Origin: an uncultured delta proteobacterium
Lineage (GTDB): Bacteria; Myxococcota_A; Polyangia; Fen-1088
DNA length: 64,000 nt
Reading direction: 5' to 3'
Assembly: GCA_963796685.1 (NCBI GenBank)
Contig: CAWCMR010000025.1
Location: forward strand, 608,001 to 672,000
A program made the translations under genes and the position numbers. This document shows positions 10,283 to 18,444 of this stretch, piece by piece (within the stretch, counting starts at the first letter, position 1; each line of letters begins with the position of its first letter). The notes beneath the pieces are model-generated. The model saw only the letters and a list, made by a program, of their open reading frames with translations. It was not told the origin of the DNA and made no database searches.

Positions 10283-10885
10283 CTAGCGCTTGTGCGCTGT
10301 ATGCCCGCGGTGGATCGCATCGCGCACGCGATGGGCGTGGTCGGTCTTGTTTTCGTAGCCCTTGAGCATGCCCGATCGCAAGCTGACCAGGCTCAACAGG
10401 ATACAAGTACAACCTTGCGGCGTTACTTTCGGTACGTTCGCCAAGACGGCGCCTTCCTCGCGCGCCATGAATTCCAAGTCCGGAATCTCGGTCGGCGACA
10501 ACGCCTGGCACTCTTCATATTCTGCCCGCGTCACCTGAAAGCAAGAATCGGGATCCTCGGGTGGAAAGACGATGAGGTCGCCGGGGCCAGGCTCGCTCTT
10601 CGAATGGGCCGGCGCCTTCGCCCGCGACTTCTTCGCAGCGCGTGTCTCGTCCGGCGGCACGAGCCGTGCCAGGTTGGCCACGTAGTAGTGCTTGCCCTGC
10701 TTGCCCAGGCTCGGCTCCGACAAAACAGCGTCCTGCCATCCCGGCTTCACCGCAACTCTTCGCGCCTCGTTCGTATAATAGTCGTGCGGGATCCAGCGAT
10801 TGACGATTGTCTCGTTGTCGTGATCGTCCAAGCCGCGGAAGAATAGGATCAAATCGTCGAGCTCGATCTTGTCGTTGTCTCTCAT
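10283..10885 (-). CDS. Uncharacterised 200-aa two-module protein (candidate YcaO/TfuA substrate)
   Basis: RBS GAGG upstream of the ATG. Short gaps to both neighbours in the operon. Internal duplication 'DDLILF...YYVANLARL' / 'GDLIVF...CILLSLVSL'. Confidence 0.75.
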   Translation of the reverse strand: MRDNDKIELDDLILFFRGLDDHDNETIVNRWIPHDYYTNEARRVAVKPGWQDAVLSEPSLGKQGKHYYVANLARLVPPDETRAAKKSRAKAPAHSKSEPGPGDLIVFPPEDPDSCFQVTRAEYEECQALSPTEIPDLEFMAREEGAVLANVPKVTPQGCTCILLSLVSLRSGMLKGYENKTDHAHRVRDAIHRGHTAHKR

Positions 10886-10900
10886 GGTTTCCTCACGTGT

Positions 10901-11635
10901 CTAGGTCGTGGGCGTATCCGCGAGTTGGGCTAGGCGTTCCGTGTAGATGGGGTAATACACCCGCCGCCTCGTCGTCTGCAAAAGCGTCATCATCTGGGCG
11001 TTGTAACGTCGGTATTCCTGCGCGACCTCGACGAGGTCCTGCGGAATACCCCTTGCGCTGCAGCCGCGAGGGTCGGGTACCCGCCACAGAACGGAGATCT
11101 CTGCGGGCTGGGCCGTGATTTGCGACGCCCACCAGATCAATTCCCAACCCGCCCGCCCTGCCATCACCGAACTAAGCCAGTTGAGCTCACGAAGGTAGGC
11201 ATGCGTGTCGCCCTCGCACGGCCGAGATACCTCGTAGAGGTAGGTGTAACCAGGCTCGTCGTCGGCCCGCCAACGAAGACCGGGTGCGGGTTGGAGAACC
11301 GCCGCATTGGTAAGAAGCTCCTGATCTTCCGACGCGAGCGATTCGCCGAGGGCGCGATACCACCCGGTCTCCGACAAATCCACCATCGTCTGGTAGAGCG
11401 TGTGCCAGGTCTCCAGACGCCATATCTGAATCATCTCGAAGCCGGGCTCGACAACATGCTTGTGTTGGAGCACGGGCCACTCGGCAAAGGCTGCAATGAG
11501 CGACCACCCCTTGTGCTTGGTGTGCTCGATGAACTTCCGCTTCCCCTCGATGAACATGTCCAGATAGGTGTTGTGCTTGTCCCACTTCATCCTGAACACG
11601 TTTCGCAGGTAGATCGTCGGCGTGTAGCCTGCCAT
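10901..11635 (-). CDS. Tandem NIPSNAP-like (dimeric alpha+beta barrel) protein
   Basis: RBS AAGGAG. Two repeats of the pattern 'Y(L)..V...(20 aa)..GW.LI...(I/L)WR', as in NIPSNAP-like ferredoxin folds. The family call is an inference. Confidence 0.6.
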   Translation of the reverse strand: MAGYTPTIYLRNVFRMKWDKHNTYLDMFIEGKRKFIEHTKHKGWSLIAAFAEWPVLQHKHVVEPGFEMIQIWRLETWHTLYQTMVDLSETGWYRALGESLASEDQELLTNAAVLQPAPGLRWRADDEPGYTYLYEVSRPCEGDTHAYLRELNWLSSVMAGRAGWELIWWASQITAQPAEISVLWRVPDPRGCSARGIPQDLVEVAQEYRRYNAQMMTLLQTTRRRVYYPIYTERLAQLADTPTT

Positions 11636-11686
11636 TGCCTTCTCCTTGCCGTCGGCGCGACTTGGGCTTCAGGTGCAACAACCCCA

Positions 11687-11702
11687 AGCAAGGCCTGGAC
11701 CA
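11687..11702 (-). promoter_or_regulatory. sigma54 (-24/-12) promoter candidate for the NIPSNAP-like/hypothetical/ycaO/tfuA/EBP operon
   Basis: Minus strand reads TGGTCCAGGCCTTGCT (TGG-N8-TTGCT, exact GG-N10-GC spacing), about 50 bp upstream of ATG 11635. Confidence 0.6.
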
Positions 11703-11745
11703 TACAAATACGACGTGGGCACAACGAAATCCACCGGTTTTGGAC

Positions 11746-11765
11746 GGAATGCGATCACAATCGCG
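11746..11765. promoter_or_regulatory. Palindromic operator/enhancer-like site, copy 2
   Basis: GGAATGCGATCACAATCGCG, 19/20 identical to 5032-5051 and in the same orientation relative to a minus-strand sigma54 box. Confidence 0.55.
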
Positions 11766-11776
11766 GAGCCGACTCC

Positions 11777-11852
11777 CCTGAAAACACCTCGCCCCGCGGA
11801 GCGGGGAGAGGTCGCCGAGCGCAGCGAGGCGGGTGAGGGGCTGTCACGTCTC
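11777..11852 (+). repeat. Palindromic intergenic repeat (REP/RIME-like), intact copy
   Basis: CCTGAAAACACCTCGCCCCGC-GGA-GCGGGGAGAGGTCGCCGAGCGCAGCGAGGCGGGTGAGGGGCTGTCACGT. A near-identical inverted copy is split by the intron (18401-18444 + 20520-20560). Confidence 0.85.
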
Positions 11853-11890
11853 ACACCTGAAGGATCCGGGCTTCGGCCCGGCGGCGTTGC

Positions 11891-14800
11891 TCACAGGTAC
11901 CTGAGCCCGATCGCCAGCTCGACCACACCGCTTGCGGACAGCATCGCGGTTTCATGGTTCCCGCGCGAGCACGCTTCAATCGCGTGCTCCATGAGCTCTC
12001 GAAGCGGTGTCGGCAGAAGGTGCTGCGTCGGCGCCAACAGGGCTTTCCACTGCTCGACCGCCTTGTCGAGCTCTCCGTCAGCGGCGTGCCGGGCAGCCAA
12101 CGGCATTCGCACCAACCAGTGAAGGGGGTACTCGTAGGCGGGGAGAAGCTTGGCCCAAGCGGCGAGACAGACTGCCGCGTGGTGCTCGAGCTCGGGCTTA
12201 TCGCCGCCCTTCCAGGCCGCCCAGGCAAGACACGCGTGCGAGACTCCGACATAGTCGTGCATCCCTCCCTGGGCAGCGATGGAGGCCGCACGTTCCGCCA
12301 TCGTGCGCGACTGCACGAGACGCCCCGCGCGTCGATGAAGCACGGCATAGTACGACAGGAAGCGCGCCTGAAGCGTGGCATCGCCGATGCGATCGGCGCC
12401 GGCGATGGCGGCCTGGAACAGCGGTTCCGCCTCCTCCAGGTGTCCTGCACACAGCAGCGGGAAGGCCAAGAAGAACCGCGCCAGGGCCAGCTCCCGCGGG
12501 TCCTCGCACTGCTCCGCCGCAGCCAGCGATTTCCGACCGTACGCGATCGCCTGGTCGAGGTGCGCGTACCTTTCACGTCGCAAGGCCGTGTGAACGAGCG
12601 CCTGGAAAAATTGCGCGCGCTGCGATGCGACCCCGCGTCGCTCGACCACCGGGCGAACGCGCTCTACCAACTCGGACAGCTCGTCCACCCTGGCAAGCCA
12701 ATAGAGGTCCCAGGTCTTGTCGACCTGCACCTGCACCCATTCGAGCCACCACGCGTCCGCGTGCTCCTCGGCGAGCGCGGTGTCGCCGAGCTGTTCCTCC
12801 GCTCTCGCGAATTCCCGCAGTGCCTGCCCATGCTGGTGTTGGCGCTCCCAGGTGCGCGCGCACTTCCGCAGGCGTCTGCCCCGCGCGACCGAGGGGGCTT
12901 CGCGAGAGTCGATCAGCGCGGCTTCGAAAGCATCCCGCGCACCCTGCGCCTCGCCGGTGATGAGCAACAGATCGCCGATGGCTTCGTGGAGAGCAGCACG
13001 CGCCGCCGCCCGCTCGGTCGGACCGCGGAAGGCACGGTCGATCTGGTCGATTTGACCGATGGCCAGCCGGTACAACTTGACCGCGTCGCCGTTGGCATAG
13101 GTGCTGCGGGCGAGGTCGGCCGCCCGCCCGAAATAGTCGGCGGCGCGGTCCGGGGCTCCGGCTTTCGCCAAGTGGAAGCCGAGTGCGCCAAGGTGGGGAT
13201 GGAGCTCGCGCCCCGCGTAGCGTTCCTCGATCGACGTCGCTGCCCGCCGGTGCCGGTGGGCGCACGTGTCCGCTGCCATGGCCGAATAGGCGGCGTCCCG
13301 GAGTTGATCGTGCACGAAGCGAAGGATGCCCGACGGATCCTCCTCGAAGATCTGCCGTTGTCGGAGCGTTCCGTACGCCTCGTGGATGTCCGATACGTCC
13401 AGCTCCGCGGTGTGGGCCAGAAGCTCGGGGTCGAAGCCTCGGCCCAAGACCGCGGCAGCGTCGATGATCTGCCGAATCTTCGGACTCAGCCCTTCGATGC
13501 GCGAACGAATCAGCGCAGAGATCGCGGTCGGGATGGCCACGCCCATGAGGCGAGGATCGCGCAACACCCAGCGACCGCCTGCATTGCGCTCGAGTCGCCC
13601 TTCGGCGATAGCAGTCCGCAAGTACTCGGCGAGAAAGAACGGATTTCCCCCGGATACGGCGTGCAGGAACTCGACGAGCTCCGGCGGCGGCGCGCGCAGC
13701 GCAAGCATTCCGCCCACCATGCGTCCCACCTCTTCCTTGCCCAGTCGGTCGAGCTCCACGTAGAGGTTGCCAGGCTCGCGAAAGAGCCGCTGCAACCCCG
13801 AGGTCATCTCCTCGAGTCGACACGTCCCGAGCAGCAGCAGCGGCGCCCCCGCGCACTCTGCCGCCGCGATCGAGGACAGCAGGTCCAAGGATAGCTCGTC
13901 TGCCCACTGCAGATCGTCGATGACGAAAAAGAGCGGTCGCTCGCGAGCATAGTCCAGCACCAGCGAGGCCAAGGCACCGAGCATGCGCGCACGGGCGGCG
14001 TCGTGGGGAAGCGGCGGGGGTTCTGCCTCGTGCAGTTGGTCGGCGAGATCCTCCAGCAGTCGCTCGTGCGGCGCGAGCAGGCGAGCCCGGCCGGCGAGCA
14101 GCCTCCTGGCAATCGCCCCGTCCCCGCCACGGCAATAGTCGGCAACGCCCGTCAAAAGGCGCCGGACCGGGTGGAGCGGAGCACTCAGGGCCCGATGCCC
14201 GCCCTCGGCGGTGCCGGAAGGCAGACACTCGCCCGTGATCACCGCCATCCCCTTTTCCGCGGCCAGGGCGGCGGCCTCGAGCACGAGGCGCGTCTTACCC
14301 GCGCCGCTCGCCGCGGCGACGAAGACCTTGCTCCCTCGTCCACCGAGCGCACGATCGACGGCCTGTGCAAGGAGCGCGAACGCCTCTCGCCGACCGACGA
14401 GCTCGGAGCGGTACAAGTACGTCGTGGGCTTCGGCGACGGCGACCGCTCGTCCAATCCGCCCACGGATGCGAGCAGCGCCGCGACATCGTCGGCATAGCC
14501 GATACGGTCCGGCGGGCTGCGCGCCAGCAGGCCGAGGACCAGCGTGTCCAGCGCGACCGGGATCCCGGCGACCTTGGTGGAGGGCACCGGGGGATCGGGC
14601 GAAAGCTCGTGAACCCCCGCCGGCCCGAAGGGCAACACCCCGGTCAGAGATTCGTACAAGACGCAGCCCAGGGAAAAGAGGTCGGCGCGCGCGTCCACGA
14701 ATCGCCCGAAGCGCTGCTCGGGGGCCATGTAGGCGAGTGTTCCCAAGCCCGCATCGGCAAGGTCGAGCGTTTCCCTACCCATTCCTCCAAAGGAAAAACC

Positions 14801-15376
14801 CAGTCCGAAATCGGCGAGCACGGGTGTCCCGTCGGCGCGAATCAGGATGTTCTCGGGTTTCAGATCGCGATGCACGACGCCGCACCCGTGCAGAAAGGCG
14901 AGGCCCCGGCAGATCGGGATCGCCAAGCGAACCATCTCGGCGATCGACAGCCGGACGATGGCGGCCGGTTGAAAGGTTTCAGCACGCGCCTGCGCCACGA
15001 CACCCTCGGCGTCGGCCAGGGTCTCGGCTGCTCGGGCATCTTCCGTTTCGCGAAGCGACCTGGTCGGTTCTCGCCGCGGCCAGAGCAATGCACGGAGGCT
15101 GGTGCCGTCGACCATCTCCATGGCAAACCAGGGAACACCGCCGCTCGACCCCTGATCGAGAATACGCACGATGTTCGGGTGTCGCAGCCCCGCGAGGATA
15201 TGAACCTCACGACGGAACGAGGCGAGTAATCCCGGAGCTTGGGTGCGCAGCACCTTGACCGCCACCGCCTCCCCGCTGACGGTATGACGAGCGCGGTAGA
15301 CGATCCCCATCGCGCCGGATCCGATCGACCCTTCCACCTCGTATGGGCCGAAGCTCCTGCCCGCCGGGATCGCCAT
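11891..15376 (-). CDS. Ser/Thr kinase - STAND-type AAA ATPase - TPR multidomain protein
   Basis: Kinase motifs [22 protein letters not shown]. ATPase motifs 'LVGR', Walker A ASGAGKT, Walker B IDDLQWAD, 'GGNPFF', 'F.HD..R'. Helical repeat C-terminus. Confidence 0.92.
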   Translation of the reverse strand: MAIPAGRSFGPYEVEGSIGSGAMGIVYRARHTVSGEAVAVKVLRTQAPGLLASFRREVHILAGLRHPNIVRILDQGSSGGVPWFAMEMVDGTSLRALLWPRREPTRSLRETEDARAAETLADAEGVVAQARAETFQPAAIVRLSIAEMVRLAIPICRGLAFLHGCGVVHRDLKPENILIRADGTPVLADFGLGFSFGGMGRETLDLADAGLGTLAYMAPEQRFGRFVDARADLFSLGCVLYESLTGVLPFGPAGVHELSPDPPVPSTKVAGIPVALDTLVLGLLARSPPDRIGYADDVAALLASVGGLDERSPSPKPTTYLYRSELVGRREAFALLAQAVDRALGGRGSKVFVAAASGAGKTRLVLEAAALAAEKGMAVITGECLPSGTAEGGHRALSAPLHPVRRLLTGVADYCRGGDGAIARRLLAGRARLLAPHERLLEDLADQLHEAEPPPLPHDAARARMLGALASLVLDYARERPLFFVIDDLQWADELSLDLLSSIAAAECAGAPLLLLGTCRLEEMTSGLQRLFREPGNLYVELDRLGKEEVGRMVGGMLALRAPPPELVEFLHAVSGGNPFFLAEYLRTAIAEGRLERNAGGRWVLRDPRLMGVAIPTAISALIRSRIEGLSPKIRQIIDAAAVLGRGFDPELLAHTAELDVSDIHEAYGTLRQRQIFEEDPSGILRFVHDQLRDAAYSAMAADTCAHRHRRAATSIEERYAGRELHPHLGALGFHLAKAGAPDRAADYFGRAADLARSTYANGDAVKLYRLAIGQIDQIDRAFRGPTERAAARAALHEAIGDLLLITGEAQGARDAFEAALIDSREAPSVARGRRLRKCARTWERQHQHGQALREFARAEEQLGDTALAEEHADAWWLEWVQVQVDKTWDLYWLARVDELSELVERVRPVVERRGVASQRAQFFQALVHTALRRERYAHLDQAIAYGRKSLAAAEQCEDPRELALARFFLAFPLLCAGHLEEAEPLFQAAIAGADRIGDATLQARFLSYYAVLHRRAGRLVQSRTMAERAASIAAQGGMHDYVGVSHACLAWAAWKGGDKPELEHHAAVCLAAWAKLLPAYEYPLHWLVRMPLAARHAADGELDKAVEQWKALLAPTQHLLPTPLRELMEHAIEACSRGNHETAMLSASGVVELAIGLRYL

Positions 15377-15447
15377 GGCCGGTCATTGTCGTCGCCGGTC
15401 TTTTACCCAGCAAGAGAAAAGCGAGGCTGGCGAGCGCCCCCTGCCCC

Positions 15448-15756
15448 TTATCGGGTGCCGCCCGATGTGCCACGCGATGTGCCGCCTGCAATGGCCAGAA
15501 CCAGGGTGAGCACGTCGCCGTCGCGCACGCCCACCGCTTGACACGGCCCCAAGGCGCGGACGTTCTCGCTACCCACGAACACGTTGACGAAGCTGCGAAG
15601 GCGCCCCTGGTCGTCGAACAGTTGACGGCGCAAGTCGTTGCTCCGGTCGGCCAGTGCGGCAAGCGCGCCGGACACGTTGTCCGCGGCGACTTCGATTCTC
15701 TCGCTGCCATCCACGAAACGCCGAAGAGGCGTGGGGATGAGGATGGTCACGGGCAT
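15448..15756 (-). CDS. ThiS/MoaD/CysO-family ubiquitin-like sulfur carrier with C-terminal extension after GG
   Basis: 'IPTPLR.F', 'L.DD.G.LR.FVNVFV', 'DGD.L....AIAGG' followed by TSRGTSGGTR. Start overlaps the end of the JAB gene. Confidence 0.88.
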   Translation of the reverse strand: MPVTILIPTPLRRFVDGSERIEVAADNVSGALAALADRSNDLRRQLFDDQGRLRSFVNVFVGSENVRALGPCQAVGVRDGDVLTLVLAIAGGTSRGTSGGTR

Positions 15757-16211
15757 GACGGGACCTGCCCCGCGAACGGGTTGAAAGCGCGAGCCGGCTC
15801 CGCGCGAGCACGGCGAAAGGCCCCTCCCTGGCCGGTCAACGTGAACAGGCCCAAGTCCACCGCGCGTGCCTTCGCCACGGAGCAGATGATGTAGAGGTAG
15901 CCTGGCCACGCTTGCGCACGGTCGCAGTCCGACGGCAGGGCTTCACAATCGGGATGGCTGTGATAGTAGCCCACCACGTCTTCACCCGCTTCCCGGGCCT
16001 GGCGTTCGGCGGACAACTGAAATTCCGGCGCGACGAGGTAACGGCAACGCGGATCATCGTCGTCATTACGGGCCGCGATTGACCGTGTGACGTGCCAGGG
16101 CACACGTTCCCCATTTCCCCGACCGAGCAGCACCCCACAGGCCTCGAGCGGATAGGCTGCTTCGCAAAGGCCGGAAATCTGCGCCCGTATGGCCTCGGAG
16201 AGTCGGACCAC
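15747..16211 (-). CDS. JAB/Mov34/MPN (M67) metalloprotease, Mec-like
   Basis: 'YP.EACG.LLG' and JAMM motif 'GYYHSHP....PS..D'. Start is uncertain (GTG 16211; ORF open to 16376). Confidence 0.9.
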   Translation of the reverse strand: MVRLSEAIRAQISGLCEAAYPLEACGVLLGRGNGERVPWHVTRSIAARNDDDDPRCRYLVAPEFQLSAERQAREAGEDVVGYYHSHPDCEALPSDCDRAQAWPGYLYIICSVAKARAVDLGLFTLTGQGGAFRRARAEPARAFNPFAGQVPSCP

Positions 16212-16394
16212 CCTTGCCGATGCATACCGACCGGGATGGGGCGCGGGATCTCGGCGTGACACGCGCGCGAGTCTGCCAGTATTCGAGCCTCCTGGGAAGG
16301 CTGACGGAAGGCGCGATAAACCGGCTTTGCCAGGTCCTCTTTTGCGTGGCAGGTTCGGTTCGTTCGGTTCGTTCATTGGAAAGGAGGAATGCTC

Positions 16395-17276
16395 ATGATT
16401 TGCGTGTTTGGAGCTTCTGGAAATACGGGTCGGGCCGTTGCGACGTCCCTGCTCAAGGTTGGAAAGAAGGTTCGCGTGGTGGGCCGGCAGCGCGAGAAAC
16501 TGGCCACCTTGGCCCAGGCTGGCGCGGAAAGCTGCGTGGGCGATATCGAGAATCCTGGCTTCGTGCGCGAGGCGTTGTCAGGCGCGGAGGCCGCCTACCT
16601 TCTGATCCCGCCCAACGCGGTGACCGACGATTTTCGCGCCTACCAGAACCACTTGGCCGAGACCTTGTCGGGCGGCATCGAAGCAACCAAGGTGCGCCAC
16701 GTCGCGCTCCTCAGCAGCCAGGGCGCGCACCACAGCGCGGGAACCGGCCCCATCGTCGGCCTCCACAACTTCGAAGAGCGATTGAAGAAGATCGCCGGCC
16801 TGAACGCGCTCTTCGTGCGAGCCGGCTTCTTCATGGAGAACGTCCTCATGGGCCTGGGCACCATCAAAGCCCAGGGCATCTACTCGAGCCCCATGCCCGC
16901 GGAAGCCGCGGTGCCCATGATCGCATCGTCCGACATCGGCACCTACGCGGGTTCGCGGCTCGGCCGCCTGGACTTCAACGGCACCAGCGTCGTGCACCTC
17001 GTTGGTCCGAAGGCCATCAGCCAGACCGAGCTCGTGGCCACCCTGGGACGAGCCGTCGGCAAGCCGATTCGCTACGTGCAGGCTTCCTTGGCCGACGTGG
17101 AGCAGGGAATGAAGCAGGCCGGCCTCAAGCCATCCGTGGTTTCGGTGTACCTGGAAATGTACCAGGGCGCAGGCAAGGGCCTCGTCGCACCGGAAGAAGG
17201 AGGCGTGGTGCTGCCCATGGCGACCACGTTCGAAACCTTCGCCAAGCAGGTGTTCGCGCCCGCCTATCGCGCATAA
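16395..17276 (+). CDS. NmrA-family NAD(P)-binding protein
   Basis: RBS AGGAGG, 'VFGASGNTG', 'V.LLSS.GA', 'R.GFFMEN', 'IA..DIG'. Confidence 0.88.
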   Translation: MICVFGASGNTGRAVATSLLKVGKKVRVVGRQREKLATLAQAGAESCVGDIENPGFVREALSGAEAAYLLIPPNAVTDDFRAYQNHLAETLSGGIEATKVRHVALLSSQGAHHSAGTGPIVGLHNFEERLKKIAGLNALFVRAGFFMENVLMGLGTIKAQGIYSSPMPAEAAVPMIASSDIGTYAGSRLGRLDFNGTSVVHLVGPKAISQTELVATLGRAVGKPIRYVQASLADVEQGMKQAGLKPSVVSVYLEMYQGAGKGLVAPEEGGVVLPMATTFETFAKQVFAPAYRA

Positions 17277-17288
17277 CCACGCGAGGGT

Positions 17289-18227
17289 TCACCCGCGCAG
17301 CTTGGTCACCATGGCAACAAACTCGGGCGGCGGCGGCGCGCTGAAGCGCAGCCGCTCGCCCGTGACCGGGTGATCGAACCCGAGGGTCGCCGCGTGCAGC
17401 AGCAGACGGTCCGAGGGAATGGGCTTTCCATTGCGGCGCAGGAGATCGCGGATGTAGACGGACTCGCCCACCAGGGGATGGCCCTGTTCGGACAAGTGGA
17501 TGCGGATCTGATGCGTGCGGCCGGTCCGCAGGCGTACCCGGCACAGCGTGGCGCCGCGCAGGCTCTCGATGACCTCGACATCGGTGATGGCGTGCTGGCC
17601 GTCGCCGAAACGCTTGGAGCTGCCGCGCAGCCCGTCGCCGCGGTTCTCGATCAGGCGCGATTCGATGCGGCCGGCCCGCACCTGCCCTTGCGCCACCGCG
17701 GTGTACTCGCGCTCGGCCAAGTGCTCCTTGAAGATCTTGTGCAGGCCACGCTCGGCCAATTTGGTCTTGGCAAAACAAACCAAGCCCGAGGTGTCCTTGT
17801 CGATTCTGTGAACGGTGTAGAGCGGCGTGGCCGTGGCGCGCCTGCCCTGTCTGCGCCAGGCTTCACGGACGAGGTCGAGGGCGCTGCCGCTTTCCTTGCG
17901 CTCGTAGGGCACGGTGGACACGCCCTCGGGCTTCTCGATCACGATGAGGTGCCCGTCCTCGAAGACGATGCGAAAGCCCGGGCGCTCCACGCGCCGCCGC
18001 GGATCGGGCCTGCCCATGTTCCAGGCCACGTTTTCGCCCCCGGCCAAGCGGTGGGCGGGCTCGATCACGCGTTCGCCGTCCACCGTCACCTTCCCCGACG
18101 CGCACAGCTCGCGCACCTGCCGCCAGCTGTGGTCCGGCAGGTGCTCGCGCAAGGCTGCGGCGAGGGTGATGGCCGGGGACGCCTTGAATTCGCCTTGACC
18201 GCAGGGCGCGCGCGTAGCGGGTGTCAT
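17289..18227 (-). CDS. RluA-family pseudouridine synthase with S4 domain
   Basis: 'KP.G', catalytic 'VHRIDKDTSG', 'TGRTHQIR.H....GHP.VG', 'LHA..LGF.HP'. Confidence 0.93.
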   Translation of the reverse strand: MTPATRAPCGQGEFKASPAITLAAALREHLPDHSWRQVRELCASGKVTVDGERVIEPAHRLAGGENVAWNMGRPDPRRRVERPGFRIVFEDGHLIVIEKPEGVSTVPYERKESGSALDLVREAWRRQGRRATATPLYTVHRIDKDTSGLVCFAKTKLAERGLHKIFKEHLAEREYTAVAQGQVRAGRIESRLIENRGDGLRGSSKRFGDGQHAITDVEVIESLRGATLCRVRLRTGRTHQIRIHLSEQGHPLVGESVYIRDLLRRNGKPIPSDRLLLHAATLGFDHPVTGERLRFSAPPPPEFVAMVTKLRG

Positions 18228-18400
18228 TCCTTCATTCCGTCGTTCAAGCTGCCATTTCTGCCACTCGGGCTGCCGATTGGCCAGCAGGCTTCCAGTCGCG
18301 TGGGCAGCCCGCCAGCTTTGCTGGCGGCGTACCATCGCGGGAAGGTATGGAAACCCTCTCAGTACCGCCGCCGGGCCGATGGCCCGGACCCTTCGGTCAT

Positions 18401-18444
18401 GAAACGTGACAGCCCCTCACCCGCCTCGCTGCGCTCGGCGACCT
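18401..18444 (-). repeat. 3' part of the palindromic repeat (3' exon of the intron)
   Basis: Reverse complement matches 11809-11852. Confidence 0.85.

Noticed and set aside
7669-11890. Short RiPP precursor peptide for the YcaO
   Set aside because: Intergenic gaps are under 40 bp apart from the promoter region. The small ORF 11669-11854 just translates the repeat and promoter.
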